DNA from: Plasmodiophora brassicae
Lineage: Eukaryota
DNA: 64,000 nucleotides
Direction of reading: 5' to 3'
NCBI GenBank assembly: GCA_036867785.1
Contig: CP145410.1
Span: forward strand, 1,178,001-1,242,000
A program made the position numbers and the translations under genes. A model generated the notes under the pieces. The model was given only the letters and a program-made list of their open reading frames with translations, made no database searches and was not told the DNA's origin. This document shows positions 23,412 to 37,025 of this stretch, piece by piece. How positions within the stretch are numbered: the stretch's first letter is position 1; each line of letters begins with the position of its first letter.

Positions 23412-24887
23412 ATGGAGTCGCTGTGGACGCCGACCCCTCTGACGGCCAGGTCGGACCCATGGTATTCATTGCGAAGCGTCGACGCTGAGTTTCGACGGCA
23501 GCGGCCTGCCGGTCATGAATGGCCCGCCGGCTCACGAGCAAGAAATCGATCTGATTGCCCAGGCGGACGTATCCGTCATGTTTGGGTACGATTTGGGATA
23601 CTGGCTGTAGCTGTCCGTTCTGATGTTTCGTTCACAGGGATGCACTGTCAGATCTGAAACGAGGAAACGTGACGTTGACTACGCAGCGCCTCTTGTTTGC
23701 AAATGGACCTCGACAGTGCTGCATGAGCTTGGGGAATATCGAATCTGCCCGGGCAAGCTCTTCCATATTCGGGCCGGCTAAAGTCAAAATGTTTCTCGTC
23801 GGATCAGGCTACATGCGGTTGGTGTTCCATCGGTCTGGACGCGATGCGTTTCTTGAGAAGCTGGCTGGGGCGCTGAAGATGAAGGAATGGATTGTATGCG
23901 GGATGCAGGAATGGGGCTCATTACGTGGAGTGTTTTAACGCTCTCTTTTGCAGCCTCTTGCAACGAAAAAGCCAGAGAAACAAACAGTGTTCACGACCCA
24001 TTCAGCTGGAATCTGTTAGTGCCCCTTAGTGGAACCGCGGTGGTTAAGCATATCATTTATGTTAACTTCTTTCAGCTGGCATTATGCGCTCAGTGGCGCG
24101 TGACCAGAAGGCAACAGACCAGGTCATGCAGGAAGCATTCAGCGATCTCGACTCCCTGATGTCAAACGCCAAGCAGATGGTCAGAGCATTGTTCATTGTT
24201 GCAGTACGGAAACTGATGGTTCCCAACGCAAAAGGTGGACTTGGCAGAGCGGTTTCAAAGTGCTCAGTCTGCTGAAGAACAGGACGAATTTATGTCGATT
24301 CTGCATCAACTCGGAATACCGAGTATGTCAATGTGTTTGCGCAAGCTTCCGTGCCTTAGTGCCCTCGACAGATCCTGTGACGAAGCAGACTGCTGGCTCA
24401 TCTTACCACGTCCTTCTTGCCCGACAGTTAGCTGATTTCCTGCTCAAAGTGCTGGCAACATCGGCAGGGATGATCATGCTAATCGACGTTTACTGCATGT
24501 TCAATCGAGCCAGGAGCACGGAACTAGTGTCCCCGGACGACGTCATAAATTCGTAAGTTTGAAGTCGTTCATCAGAAGAAGCTCTGCCAACGTCCAATGC
24601 TCAGCTGCAAGCTCTTTCCGGAATTAGGTATCCCACTGAGCTTGAAACAGTTTCAGTCGGGTGTCCTCGCTGTCCAGAGTGCCAGTCACGATGACCACCT
24701 GATGTCGTTACGAATCGTCGAACTGATCGAGGCGAATGGCCCGCTGACAGATATTCAATTGTCACAACTGCTTCACGTCTCCATTGCGTTGGCAAGCGAG
24801 CATCTGCTCACTGCCGAACAAAGTCTACACTTATGTCGCGATACAACGACTGAAGCGACCCGATTCTACAAGAATATATTCATGTAA
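23412..24887 (+). CDS. VPS36: ESCRT-II subunit Vps36, multi-exon
   Basis: Spliced MESLWTPTPLTASGLPV; GNVTLTTQRLLF; EAFSDLDSLMSNAKQMV; LIDVYCMFNRARSTELVSPDD; LCRD. Confidence 0.92.
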
Positions 24888-24965
24888 TAGATTTCGCAAG
24901 CCTCACGGGTCAGCGAATAATAGCTGGCATGTATTACTGTCTGACGCCTACAAGTCTAGCGACGC

Positions 24966-25718
24966 CTAGCAGATGACGCATGGCAATGGCATGCGTTCAC
25001 CGCTGATCTCGTCATCGGATCCCTCCTGCCCGCTGTGTGTACTGGGATCTTCAGCGCTGTCTGGTTTTGCAGGAACGTCGACCATGGTCGTATGATCACC
25101 AACACTGGCCTCCGCAGCCGAAGGCAGACCGCCAGACGCGACTGCTCTTGAGAGCTGCTCAACATGTTCATCATGCTTGGCAGGCGCGCCTAAATCGTTT
25201 CTTTCATCGATTACCATATCTTGATCGGGGTCGGCAACGTCGTCGTCCCGTATAGCGCCGTCGTCATCGCACGATTCAGCCGTCGGCGTCAACGGACATC
25301 CAGCTTCATCCGTTATGGCCAGAACGCTCATCAATGACGAATCTTGCATGTTTGACATGACTCGCGTTTCCACCGCCATCCCAACGAAGTCTAGTTCACC
25401 GCCCATCTCAAGTACCCACTCGTCATCCTCGTAAACGTCCCTTTGAGCAGTCGAGATGTCACCAGATGGTCGCGGTTCGGCGCTCGCCGCGTGACTGAAT
25501 CCACCCCATGGCCCCGCCTGCCTCTTCAGCCCCGATGGCGAATACACGAACCTTTCCGTCACGACACTCAGCGACTCGCCATCAACGACGACTGTGCGTT
25601 CCCGGTCAGGGCGCCACAGCCCGGCCACGTCCACAGTGTACGGCTTACTGTGCGACAGGAGCACGGAATCCGGCGGCGCTTGGAACATGGGACGACGGCG
25701 ACGATGCTGATAGACCAT
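24966..25718 (-). CDS. Hypothetical protein with an acidic C-terminal half, ending in CVIC
   Basis: Long ORF fills the gap between genes; start uncertain; family not recognised. Confidence 0.5.
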   Translation of the reverse strand: MVYQHRRRRPMFQAPPDSVLLSHSKPYTVDVAGLWRPDRERTVVVDGESLSVVTERFVYSPSGLKRQAGPWGGFSHAASAEPRPSGDISTAQRDVYEDDEWVLEMGGELDFVGMAVETRVMSNMQDSSLMSVLAITDEAGCPLTPTAESCDDDGAIRDDDVADPDQDMVIDERNDLGAPAKHDEHVEQLSRAVASGGLPSAAEASVGDHTTMVDVPAKPDSAEDPSTHSGQEGSDDEISGERMPLPCVIC

Positions 25719-26227
25719 TGTCTCGATGGTGGCACGCCGACCCGCCCACTCGCCCATCCAGTAGTGGCCACCTCTACAAATAATGTTATGGCCCGCCTCC
25801 TCCTCCTCCCCAACACGGGACTGCACATTTTGATCTTCAGTGATCCGCAACTGGCGCCGACAAAACGACGTTTCAGTCCGTTGGCTCGGGCCAATCGCCA
25901 ACGCCACGGCGGCACCCCAACGGTGAACCGGCACGGGCGCCATTTCCGGCAGTCCGGCCCCCGGCCGCGCAGTCATCACTCATCGGGACGGCACGTTCGC
26001 GCGTTTCGAAAAAGGCACCAGGCTGGATGAGTTCTGCTCGGTCTGCGTTTTGGGGCTGCCCATGGGATTGGGAGGGACCTCTATGATGACACTGGACAGC
26101 CGGGTCCAGCTGTCGGTTGTGCCTAATAATGGGGCAGTGCCACACGAGTCACGTTTGCCGGTTGGACGCAGAGTGTCACAGAGAAAGTTGGCGACTCGAG
26201 GCATCTGTTCCGTGACGGCGACCAACG

Positions 26228-28828
26228 ATGGGGAACTGCCTCGGGTGCACGTTCACGCCATCGGATAGCGGCACGCCGGTCGCCAAGATCAAAACGAAAC
26301 GCGGGTGCACCGACTTCCCGATCCTGGTGCTGTTCATTCTGTCCTGGGCGGCGATGTGGTACGTCTTTGGCATTGCCTTGTCGAAAGGCGCCAACCCTAC
26401 TCGGTAACCGCCGCGTTCGTCGTCCCATGAAAGCCTTGCCGAACGTTCTCTATCGCAGCCTTGTTCGTGGCGTTGACTGGAACAATCGCATATGCGGGGT
26501 CGATAGCGCAGTCGCAGACAAGCCTCTTGCTGCCTGGCCAGGACTCCCCGGCGACGTCCATCTACTGGACAGCAACCCCACAACGCTGTATCACATCAAA
26601 GTATGCGTCGACTCGTGCACGAAAACCCAGGACAGCGCGACCGTCCTGACGCCGTACAACTCGACGAAGTGTACGTGTGCCAACCCAGACTGATATCGAT
26701 CGCCCATGCGTTGACCGTTATTGGCGTAGTCCTGTACTATTGCGTCCCCACCGTACTGCCAGCTGGAATTGGTGACAATTTCAACTCGGGATCGCAACAG
26801 GCGTCGCGTGCCTTCGGAGGTCGCCTGCGTGCACACGATGGTTTTACGTGTCATTGACCGCCCATCGCAGATCTTCGAACGGCTTGGAAGCTGCTGCTAA
26901 TCTCGGGCGGGGTCGCCATTGGTCTCTCATTCCTGTACGCGCTGTTCACGCGAAAGTATGCAACGACCTGTTTCGAGCAACGTGCCCTCCACTGACGCAT
27001 TGGGCAGGTTCGCAGGCGTGCTAGTTTGGACATCAGTCTTTGCGATCGTTGCCGGCGGGTTCCTCATATCGTACTCGCTGCTTCAGATGGCCAAGTCCAT
27101 CTCGGACGACAAGAATGCTGTGAACCCTGACCGTGCCAAATCGATCACGTGATGCACATTCAACCTAGGGCGTGCTGGCTGTCTCTGACCTGTTAACTGT
27201 AGGATTATGGGATACATTGCTGCTGTGTTTACTCTTTTGTTTCTGGTGGCGATCATTTTCTTGCGGAAGAGGATTGAGGTACATGCGGTTGACGTCATGT
27301 TCGTCGTCTGGCCCTGACTCGATGAAAATGGAACAGATCGCAATTGCAGTTGTGAAGGAAAGCTCGAAAGCGGTCAACGCTGTTAGCTCTGTGATTGTCT
27401 TCCCCATATTCCCACTCGCGTTCTCCCTCGCCTACTTCGTCTTCTGGGTCTACGTCGTGATCTTTGTTTTCAGTGTACAAGGTGACCTAGCGAATCCTAT
27501 TACAGCAACAGTTCCCCGCATTTGACAGTTGTCCAGTGATAAACCCGTCGCAGCCAGTTCCCACCGCACTCCAGCCGTACACGGGCCTGACGTACCTTTC
27601 ACGCTCCTTCGACACCTCTATGCAACGCTCCATGATTTACGTGTTCTTCCACATGTTCTGGAACATCCAGTTCTTGATCTACTTTACATATCTCGTCATC
27701 GCGGGCGTTATTGCTCAGTGGTATTTTACACCGTACCAGGCCGACGGATCCAAGGTCCTTCCCATGATAAAATGCCTGGCCGAATGCTGCTCATCGTTGG
27801 GATACAGGCACGTGGTTCAGGCGAAGGACAGCTTCCACGTACCGTCGTCAGTCGTTCCGCATTTCGCACCCTGACATACCACCTTGGTTGTCATTTCCAT
27901 ATTCGCCTTGGATTGCTCCCACCGGTTGCTGACGAGTATCCGGTGCTCAGGAACGGTAGCATACGGCTCACTGATCATCGCAATCATCCAGACGATTCGT
28001 GCCGTCGTGACCTACCTTCAGAAGCAGTCCAAGGGGCAGCAGAACCGACTGCAGAAGGCTCTGTTCTGCGTCGTGCAATGCTGTCTCAAGTATGATACGC
28101 GCTGGCATGCGACCCGGAGCGCAGTCTGAAGCGGTTCTTCACAGGTGCGTCCAATGCTGCATGGACAAAGTGTCGAAGAACGCTTTCATCTTCTGTGCCG
28201 TGTACGGTGATGCCTTCTGCCCGTCCGCAGCCGCCTCGTTTACTCTCGTGTGGCGAAACCTGGTGCGTGTCGCTGCCGTCTCCATGGTTGGCAGCGTGAT
28301 TGTCTTCTTGGGGAAGGTCAGCCCATCCAGCTAGTTGAACCTGCACCAATGAAATAAGAAATTGGTGATTCAGGTTCTTGTGTCAATGTTAACTGGCGGT
28401 ATCGCCGCCATTATTCTGACAAAGACCTCCATGTACACTAACCAGCTTTCGAATCCCATCCTTCCAATCTTCGTTTGCATGATGTGACGACTCCTCCACG
28501 ACTTTTGTAGAACCTTTCTGATGGGACATCACGCAGGATTGCCTACATGGTCGTGTCGCTGTTTATGGTCATTTACGAAACTGCCATTGACACAATATTC
28601 CTCTGCTTCTTGATCGATGAAGAGAACAACAAGGGTCTGCGTACTGGCACATGCTGACGGATTTGCATCCAATGACACTGGGCTATGGTCGCAGGAGGAG
28701 TGATGCTGGCCAGCAAGGAGCTTCAGGAGATCATCAATCATCACGCAGAAGCGTCAAAGAAAATGGCCGACGACATGAAAGCCACAGCGGAGGCCCATGG
28801 GATGCACGCGCCAGGCGCCAAAGCCTGA
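26228..28828 (+). CDS. Choline transporter-like (CTL/SLC44) protein, multi-exon
   Basis: RGCTDFPILVLF, GVDWNNRICG, YHLGTVAYGSLIIAI, NAFIFCAVYGDAFCPSA, IDTIFLCFLIDEE. Confidence 0.92.
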
Positions 28829-28982
28829 AGTACAGCTGGACTATTTCCATTCACGCAACCACCATTGGGATGCTTGATCGCATCTGCTAATAAACATCAG
28901 GTGCGAAACAGGTTTTCGCGTGCGCACTCAAACGTCGCATGATGCTACGTATACATTTATATTGCTCCCGTATTCATTTCCA

Positions 28983-31900
28983 CTACTTCAAGCGCGCTCT
29001 TCTCCTTCCGCCTTCTTCTCTCCGCCTCCTGGACGTGCTCCCGGATCTGACAGCATTTATCCAGGTTAGGTACGGCGTCATGAGAGGGGACGATGACCAC
29101 TTTACCAAATCTACGGGATTCATTCCCCAAAGGTACACGACAGCGTGACGCATGAGACGCGCGAGTAGAGGAACGGCGACCCCCATTATGATTACTAAAC
29201 TGGTCTCCAGCCCATTATGCGACCGGATGGACCACAGCTCCCCAGCGTCACCAAATATTCCTGATATTCTTATGATATCTGCAAACGCAGGTCACGTTGG
29301 GGAAACATACTACCAAAGCGATGCTGTTACCGAGTAGAAGTATCGCAACCAAGTAGACGACCAGAGACGCGCCAATCGCCAACGCATGCACAACCGTCAC
29401 GGAGGACGTTATCTCCATTACGCGAATTGTCACCTGACGCAATGGAAGTCAGCGCACACGACTGATTTCGTACTGCGCCGGCGAGCACCTGTATGAACAG
29501 GGCGGTGAACGCACCCACCGATGCGCTGGTCAGGTCGCTCTTCGGTTCATTGCACAACTGGACAAAGACGAAAGAGAACGCAACCAATCCGTCGAATACG
29601 CTGGACAGCATCCAAGTCGTGAACGATCTTGCATTAAATAAGGCCTGCCTTCCAACGGCTCTATAACTACATGGCCGGTATCAGCACAATCGATTTCGCT
29701 GACGCGATTCGAATCCAAGGGTCCATACATCAAATTGGAGTAATTCAGGAGCTCTTCCCTCTCGAACAGTCGGTCAAAGATGCCGACGGCCAATACCGGC
29801 AGTGCTGCGGCGACGAAACCCTCAATAGCAATTGTATGACGCACCCAATGCCGTACCTGTGAAGAAAACGTTCTGGACCGTGATGAGGACGTCAGGGTAC
29901 AGCTGCTGACCACTGAACGCGGAGACGAGGCCGAACGCGAACATACCGATCGGGACGAGGGCAGACTGCAACGAGGCACAGGCGAACGTCAAGCAGTGAA
30001 GGTCTCCCCAGTCAACCACGAACCTTGTAGAATATGAAATGCGATAGTTTGGCGACGCGATCATAGCTCCACACACCATGGACGAACATGAGCGTATGCA
30101 ACTGCCGGAACGACCCGATGCTGACGTCAGCGGCCCTAGATGCCGTCGATCCTTCGAGACCGGCGATGCCGACCCCAATGTCCGCCCTTCTGATCATGCC
30201 TTCGTCATTCGCGCCGTCGCCCTGCATCAGGCCGTTTAAGACCAACGGCTTGCACAGCGGTTGGACTGGACGTACGATAGCGAGGACGGCACCGATCTTT
30301 CGCCGATGATACCGCCGCAGGTGCAGGACGACAGAGGCCTTGATTGCGGGTGTTGCTCGGGCACAGATCAGCGACAAGCAGGATGGGTGCGCGTGAACCC
30401 TGCCGTTGGCCCCCTTAGCGACCCTAGCAACGGTGACCATAAACCGATCCCATACTGCAGCAGCCTGTTGATGGTGGCGTTGTCCATGGTCAGCAGTTTT
30501 GCCAGCGTCGTTCCTTCGATCATCATCGAAAACTGTTCCATCAGCGGATCAGCTTCCCGCTTGCGCATGCTGTCTTCGCCCTATCAGTACCGTTAATCAG
30601 TCATGCTGCCACTAGGCGCTAATGACTGTCCAAAAGCGGCATGCCTTTTCAATGCATTGTTGAATGGTGGATGATTCCGAATCCTCAATGTGGACGACGG
30701 ATTCAGTGGTGTGGGCGAAGTTGGAAGCCACGGCAATGGACAGGGCGGTTTCAGGCTTGTCGCCTGTGAGCATGACCAGCTTGATACCCGCACGTGTCAG
30801 CGCGCAAATCGTCTCTGGCACCAGGAACTGCGGCTCGGTCAGCTAACATTGCCGAGTGCACCTTGGAAAACGACCTTACCTGCAATGCATCCTCCAATCC
30901 CGAACAACCGACAAACGTCAGTCCAGCATCGCGTTCGATATGCGCGGCGCCAGAGCAGATTCGGCATTCGTCGGAACAGCTGAGAGAGTCAGGCACCGAT
31001 CCCGGATGCTTGCGCCACCCACACCGCAGCCGTACCTGCCCCTAGAATGGCCTAGTTCTGCACCCTCTTCAGGCAAGTGTGCCAGGCGTTCCCATTCGCT
31101 GCTGCGCTGCCTCCACCAGTCGCGAGACCGTCGTCCCTCAGCGAACACTACCCATCGTCAGGCGCCGCCGTGTGTCTTCAGCGACGTGCCGTTGCATACC
31201 CAGCGTTCGCATGCCGCGTTCGGCCATGGTCCGTAATCGAGCTGGCAAGCTGGTCGGACACACGGTCGCCGGGTCCAGTAACGGTATTATGACATTGTCA
31301 GCACCTGTGGAAAACGGTTAATAATGAGCATGGCAAAGTGTTTCAGCATCGCCGAGGCGACCTTTGCACATGATAGCGATGGGCTCTTGACTTGCGTCGT
31401 TCAGGTCGAAAATCAGGGTAGCTCGTTTACGTTTGCTGTTGAACTCCAGGGTGGTCAGCCGCTTCAGTGCGACCGTGCTCGTTCCGTGAACTGCTACGGT
31501 TGTTAACCCACCCTGCACGCCTCGCAGCTCATAGCCGACGCCCCTGGCAAATTCACAGAGTTCCAGTTCATCAGGCGAACTTGATTGGTACAGCACCTGT
31601 TTCATGCGATCAGAGACGTGCGCGTTGATAACACAGTATGTACGCCTCGTACGGATCCAGAGGTCTCGTCAACGACAGGCGAAATTGTGTTGCTGACAGC
31701 GAAATGCAACAGGATCCGCTGCAGAGCGACGTTGCCTTGGAGCAGCGCCGTTTCAACGGCCTGTCTTCCATCGTACACATGTGGCGACGTTGTACCTGCG
31801 CTCGGATAAATGTCATGAAACAGCAAGCCCGCTTTGGATCATACTGAAAACGTTGCTTTCACCGTCTGTGTTCTTCGTCCATCGTCGAACGTTGTCCATC

Positions 31901-33598
31901 TTTTCGGACAGCATGTCGGTCCACCTCTGACTTGTGCGAGGACCCCGTTGATTCAGGGTGGCAGACGATGCCAGCCTTCTCGATATCTCGGTGTCCCCTG
32001 AACCATACATGGCCAGGTCGGGCCCGACGAACATTTGCCGCAGTTGCATGCGATTCCTAAACGACAGAGTGAGCGTTCATCGCTGTATGGCTCAATCATT
32101 TTCCTACTCTGTCAGCGTTCCCGTTTTGTCGGACACAACGATGCCAACCTGGCCCAGTTCGTCAATGAGGGAACTGGTTCGAATAGCACAAGCGTTCATC
32201 TCGTCGTCCAGGGGCACCATAAAAGCCATTGCAGTCTTGACTAACTCCGTTGAGATCTGTCGGCCAGTCTCGTAATGCGTTTCTTGCAGGCTGGCGGCAT
32301 GATACACTTACGACAAACGAGATGGGCACCATTTGTGCCATGAGTATGACATAGGTGAAGAATCGACGTACACCCTCCAGTTTGATATCGCTGTCGCTGA
32401 ACTTCAAATAGTAGTGCTTCACGAGGACGTTGCGTGCCTGGAGCTGTAACACGCATTGCTTAATGCATGGCATTGTCTCTCGGGAAAGCGAACGTCCGTG
32501 TACCTGGCAGACGACCGTCGCTGCGATACACATCAGTAGCTGGATAAGGAATAGCCCTATCAGCATCCTATGTTGGCCCAGCACCCTGATCAGATCGTGG
32601 AGAAGTGTGCGCGCCTAGCAAGCTTCGCACCTGTTGGCGACAAGGGCCAACGAGCTACGACGAATGGTCTGGGCCTGCTGAGTGACGAACGAATTGCACC
32701 GAATCTTGGTCTCGTCGCCGGTGAACACGACCACACCTAGACCCAATGACGAACACGTTAGCCTGCACGGTAACATTCAACGTACTCACGAACCAATCAC
32801 GTGCTCGGTGTTCTTCAGAACGGTGCCGCGCAGAAGAAGATTCGCCATTGACAGGCGGTGTTGCACCTCGCCCTGACCATTTCCAAACAGCCCTTGAGAA
32901 TGTACGATCCATCGACGCATTCACCGTACGACCACCTCGGCTCCCGCGACGCCATGAATCCCAATAAGTCCTCGAAACGATTCAATGTCGGCATTCGGTT
33001 CCTCGTATCGGATTGTCAGGCGGTCGTAGACGAGTTCACCGGCAGACTGTGTGGTTGGCAAGGCAACCTTGACCTTGAGCGTGGATTCGCCATCCAGACT
33101 CGACGTCTCGACGAAGCAATGGCCACGGGCGTGGTGGGAATGCAGGAGGAGCACATCGGCAGGAACCTCCTGGTCCGCCTCTAGTCGGATGATCTGCCCG
33201 ACGGTGATGTCGGCCGAATGCTGGTGGACGAACTTGCCGCCGGCATTACATAGGTACTGTCGCATGGCAAGTTCCCAATCGGATCGGTGCCTCTGCAGGT
33301 CTTCGGTGGCAGCCCGTATGCCGCTGACCGTTAGGACAATCGATAACGGGAGCATCATGGTCGGCACGCCATTGGTCGTGCTGACCGGCTGGATGCTTTG
33401 CAGGACCGCGATGACGAGAAAGAAAAAGTTTGCAGGGTGCATGAACTGTTCGAACAGGTTCAGCGGTAGGAAGTTCCAGACCGTGTACCGGGACGTTCGG
33501 ATCACGTTCGAACAAGCCGACCCGCCTGTCGCCACCCACGACCCATCCGGGGATCGGCAGACCTCCACCCGCGACAACAACCGATCGTCATCGCCCAT
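28983..33598 (-). CDS. P4-type ATPase (phospholipid flippase), multi-exon
   Basis: NVIRTSRYTVWNFLPLNLFEQF, ETSSLDGES, VPISF, SDKTGTLT, SSPDE, MLTGDKPETA, GDGAND. Confidence 0.93.
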
Positions 33599-34092
33599 CG
33601 TGGGACGATCCCCCCTCGTTGCGGCGACGTGCGCTCGCGCCCGCTTGTGGACCTTGGGGCTGGTGCCTGCCCGCTGTTCGCCTATATCTTCACAACCGTT
33701 GCTGCTGCTATATGTCACAGTGACAGACAGGCGACCCCCATATTTTTGGGACACGCTGCTGGCTGCCGACTGGCCCCACGTTTCCACCTGCTGCTGACCA
33801 CGCGCAGCCGCCACCGTGTCGCTGGCGTTAGGGTTGCGCGCCCAGCTGCACTGCCGTGGGGGTCCTATGCACAAGACGTTCTCGCCTGTCGGGAACGCTC
33901 CTTCTCTCTATGCTTGTTGCTAATCTCCTCGAATGGGATCGGGTATCGGGGCCCGGATCGATCTTGCCGGAGATACGGGCGGTAAAGGGAACATACGTAC
34001 AGGATCGAGGCCGTGTCGGGCGACGCGACGGTCGGGTCGCAGTTCAGGACCCTGTCGAGGGGGCGCATGGTCCCCGGTGCCGCGGACCGGGG

Positions 34093-35528
34093 ATGGATCG
34101 CAAGCCCATGATAGAGACGTCGACCATCGACGTCCGCCATGACGCCGGCACGGGCAACAAATGCGTCAACCAGTACGTCATGCAGGCGACGCTCGGGAAA
34201 GGCAGCTACGGGAAGGTCAAGCTGGCGATCGACGAGACGACCGGCGCTCAGGTGGCCATCAAGATTGTCAACAAGGCCAGGCTGAAGAAGAAGCGCACCT
34301 TCGGTCGCTTTGGCGTCATCGACCCGCTCAGTGGCATTCGCCAGGAGGTCGCCGTAATGAAGAAACTGGACCATGTCAATGTCGTTAAGCTGCTCGAAGT
34401 CATCGATAACCCCGATGCGGAGAAGCTCTACCTCGGTAGCATGCAATCTGTGCATGCAGCGCCGTCAGCCAGCGGCTAACCTGTTCGAATGTGCCAGTCA
34501 TGGAATTCGTCGCCAGGGGCCCTATCTTGGACCTACGAAGTGACGCGTGCGAGCCCCTGCCGGAGCCAGTCTGTCGCTCCTACATGCGCGATATCGTCAA
34601 CGGCCTGCGATATCGTAAGAGGTCGCACGGATCGTTGCAACGACCTAACATTGCCATGGGGCAGTTCATTTCAACCACATCGCCCATCGCGACATCAAGC
34701 CTGAGAACCTGCTGTTGTCTGACGCCACTGCGGCGTCGCCCTGTGGCACTGTCAAGGTTCGTATTCGACCGTGACGACAGCTGGCGACGTCCTAACGCTA
34801 GTGCTCAGATTGCCGATTTCGGCGTCAGCCTGCTGTTTGAAGGGGATAACGACTTCGTGAAGGCAACGGCCGGAAGTGTCGCGTTCATGGCACCGGAAAT
34901 GTGTGCACGTACGTTGGCCGTGTCGGCTAGGTTGTATCATGCTGAGTCGGCACAGCCGATTCCTTCATGTATAGTGCCAAGAAGACAGATGTCTGGAGCG
35001 CCGGCGTGACGCTGTTCGCCATGGTGTTTGGCCAATGTCCAATCACAGCAACGTCAACTGCGGAAATGTACGACCGCATTTGCAACTCAACGTCAGCCAG
35101 CGCTTTGCCTCGATGCCGCCGTCGGTCTCTTTATCGGATTTGCAGGCTTACACTACCGTGGCCCATCCACCCCAGGCAGGAGCATCTCATTCGCAGAATG
35201 CTGGACAAGAACCCGGACACCAGAATAACGCTGGACGAGATCAAGGTGACCGGCGACCCGTTCACATGGGTTTTCTCGTCTAACCTTACTGCGAACATTC
35301 TAGAAGGATCCATGGCTGATCGGAGACGGCGTAACGGCAGATGACCACTTCGAACGAGTCTCCGTTACTGTCGATGACGTCGATAAGGCGCTGACCCTCG
35401 TGAATCGCGTTGTTATGCTGGTGCGTCTGAAGACCAAGGTCGGACGCATACGTCGTAGCATTCGCGGGTTACCGCCGACGAAATCGGGGACGTCTGATGA
35501 CATCAAGGACTCACCGACGTCGCCATAG
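34093..35528 (+). CDS. CaMKK/SnAK-like Ser/Thr kinase, multi-exon
   Basis: VNQY..LGKGSYGKVKL, EVAVMKKLDHVNVVKL, HRDIKPEN, IADFGVS, TAGSVAFMAPE. Confidence 0.9.
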
Positions 35529-35605
35529 TCTCCCTAACCTATTGACGCTATTTATCACTGCCCTTTCAATGTCATATAGTACATGTGATCGAGGTTTATC
35601 TAGGT

Positions 35606-36612
35606 TCATTGCTGGGCGTAGTAGGCGGGCTGTGGTTCAGGTCGTGGTTCCGCCTCTGCCATGCGCAGCTTGAGGAACTCGCCCGTCAGGCCGCTCATAG
35701 CCGCCTGACGCGCCAGCCGACCCTACATGAACAGATGAAATCGGGAGTCTGCACGCCAGCATGCAACGGCTGACAGACCTGGAGTGACGCGCGACGAAGT
35801 CGCTGCTCCTTGGCGTACTCGGGGTCGTACTTGTCGGAGTGAGGCAACTCGCGTTCGTCTTCGTCGTGGATGAATATGCAACGGGACCCGAACGGGCAGG
35901 CCCCTTCGGTATGGAACTTCTGGCATTTCTGCGTCTTGTACTTCTTCGGGCGCTCGACAGAGCGAAGCTCGGCGTCCCCATGTCTACGTGGACGTGTTAG
36001 AACACCGTAATGAAGCGAACATTGTCACGCTTACGCGAACTGGCAGCGAGCGCCGTATGGGCAGGTTCCGAGATCAGAGAACGTCCTGCAGAGTTCGGTC
36101 TTGAAGAGGCGAGCGGCGCGTTCTCCGTCGACCGATGACTTGGACGACTTGGAGGACGGCGATCCAGACTTGCCTTCGTTCGAGAGCTTCGGGTCGGTGT
36201 CCGACCAGATACGGGGCGCCGTCGGGGCCCCTGCCGACGTGAACGACTTCTCGGTGAGCGTGTTGATGATGATCGGGGTGGACAGTCGACTAGGAGACAG
36301 CGGGTATCGCAATGGTCCCGATTGCAGGCCCACGATGACAGCGTTGATTGATGATTGGCGTGGCACAGGACGGAGCTCGTGTGGACCATGGGCGAATAGG
36401 CATTTGGCCGCGTACGAGCACTGGCCCGTTGTTTCCCAGGATCGGCACATCTTGGTCTTGTACAGGTTCGGGTTCGCTGGTGGCGCGGTACGCGACGTTG
36501 GCGATGTTAAGCCCGACGATGACTTGGACGACGGCGAGGAGAGGGCACTGCGACTGGGGAAGCGCGACTTGGCGTCGTCGATGGACGTGTTGCTCAGGAT
36601 CGGGGCGGGCAT
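35606..36612 (-). CDS. TIS11/ZFP36-like CCCH zinc-finger RNA-binding protein with three fingers
   Basis: YKTKMC-x8-C-x5-C-x3-H, FKTELC... and YKTQKC...; two introns. Confidence 0.9.
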
Positions 36613-37025
36613 GGTGGTGAAACGATGCTGCTGGCAACAATACAAGCCGGTGCGTGCAACCCTGGACTGGAGTTTGGCGAATGGCAATGACTCTAGAACA
36701 TCACCGTCTCTCGAGAACCCCTGTATGACCGCACGAGGGTGGCACACGCCCGCGTTGGCACGCGCTTCGATGAACGTCTTTATGAGTCATCGCCATCGGA
36801 CGTCATGCAGGGACCTCCTCAGCAACGCCTCAATGACAACGCAAGGTTCAAGGCAGCGCCACTAGCGGCGTCCCGGCCAATGGCGCGCCCAAGATCGAGA
36901 ACGGCTGTAGTTGTGCAAGGGCTTAGTGGGAAGCTTCACAGGAACAGCATATGAATGGGAAACACAGCAGCCGGACATCGTGATGTATTGCGATACGCTC
37001 GAAAGAGACAGTTTGCAGAGGCGGT

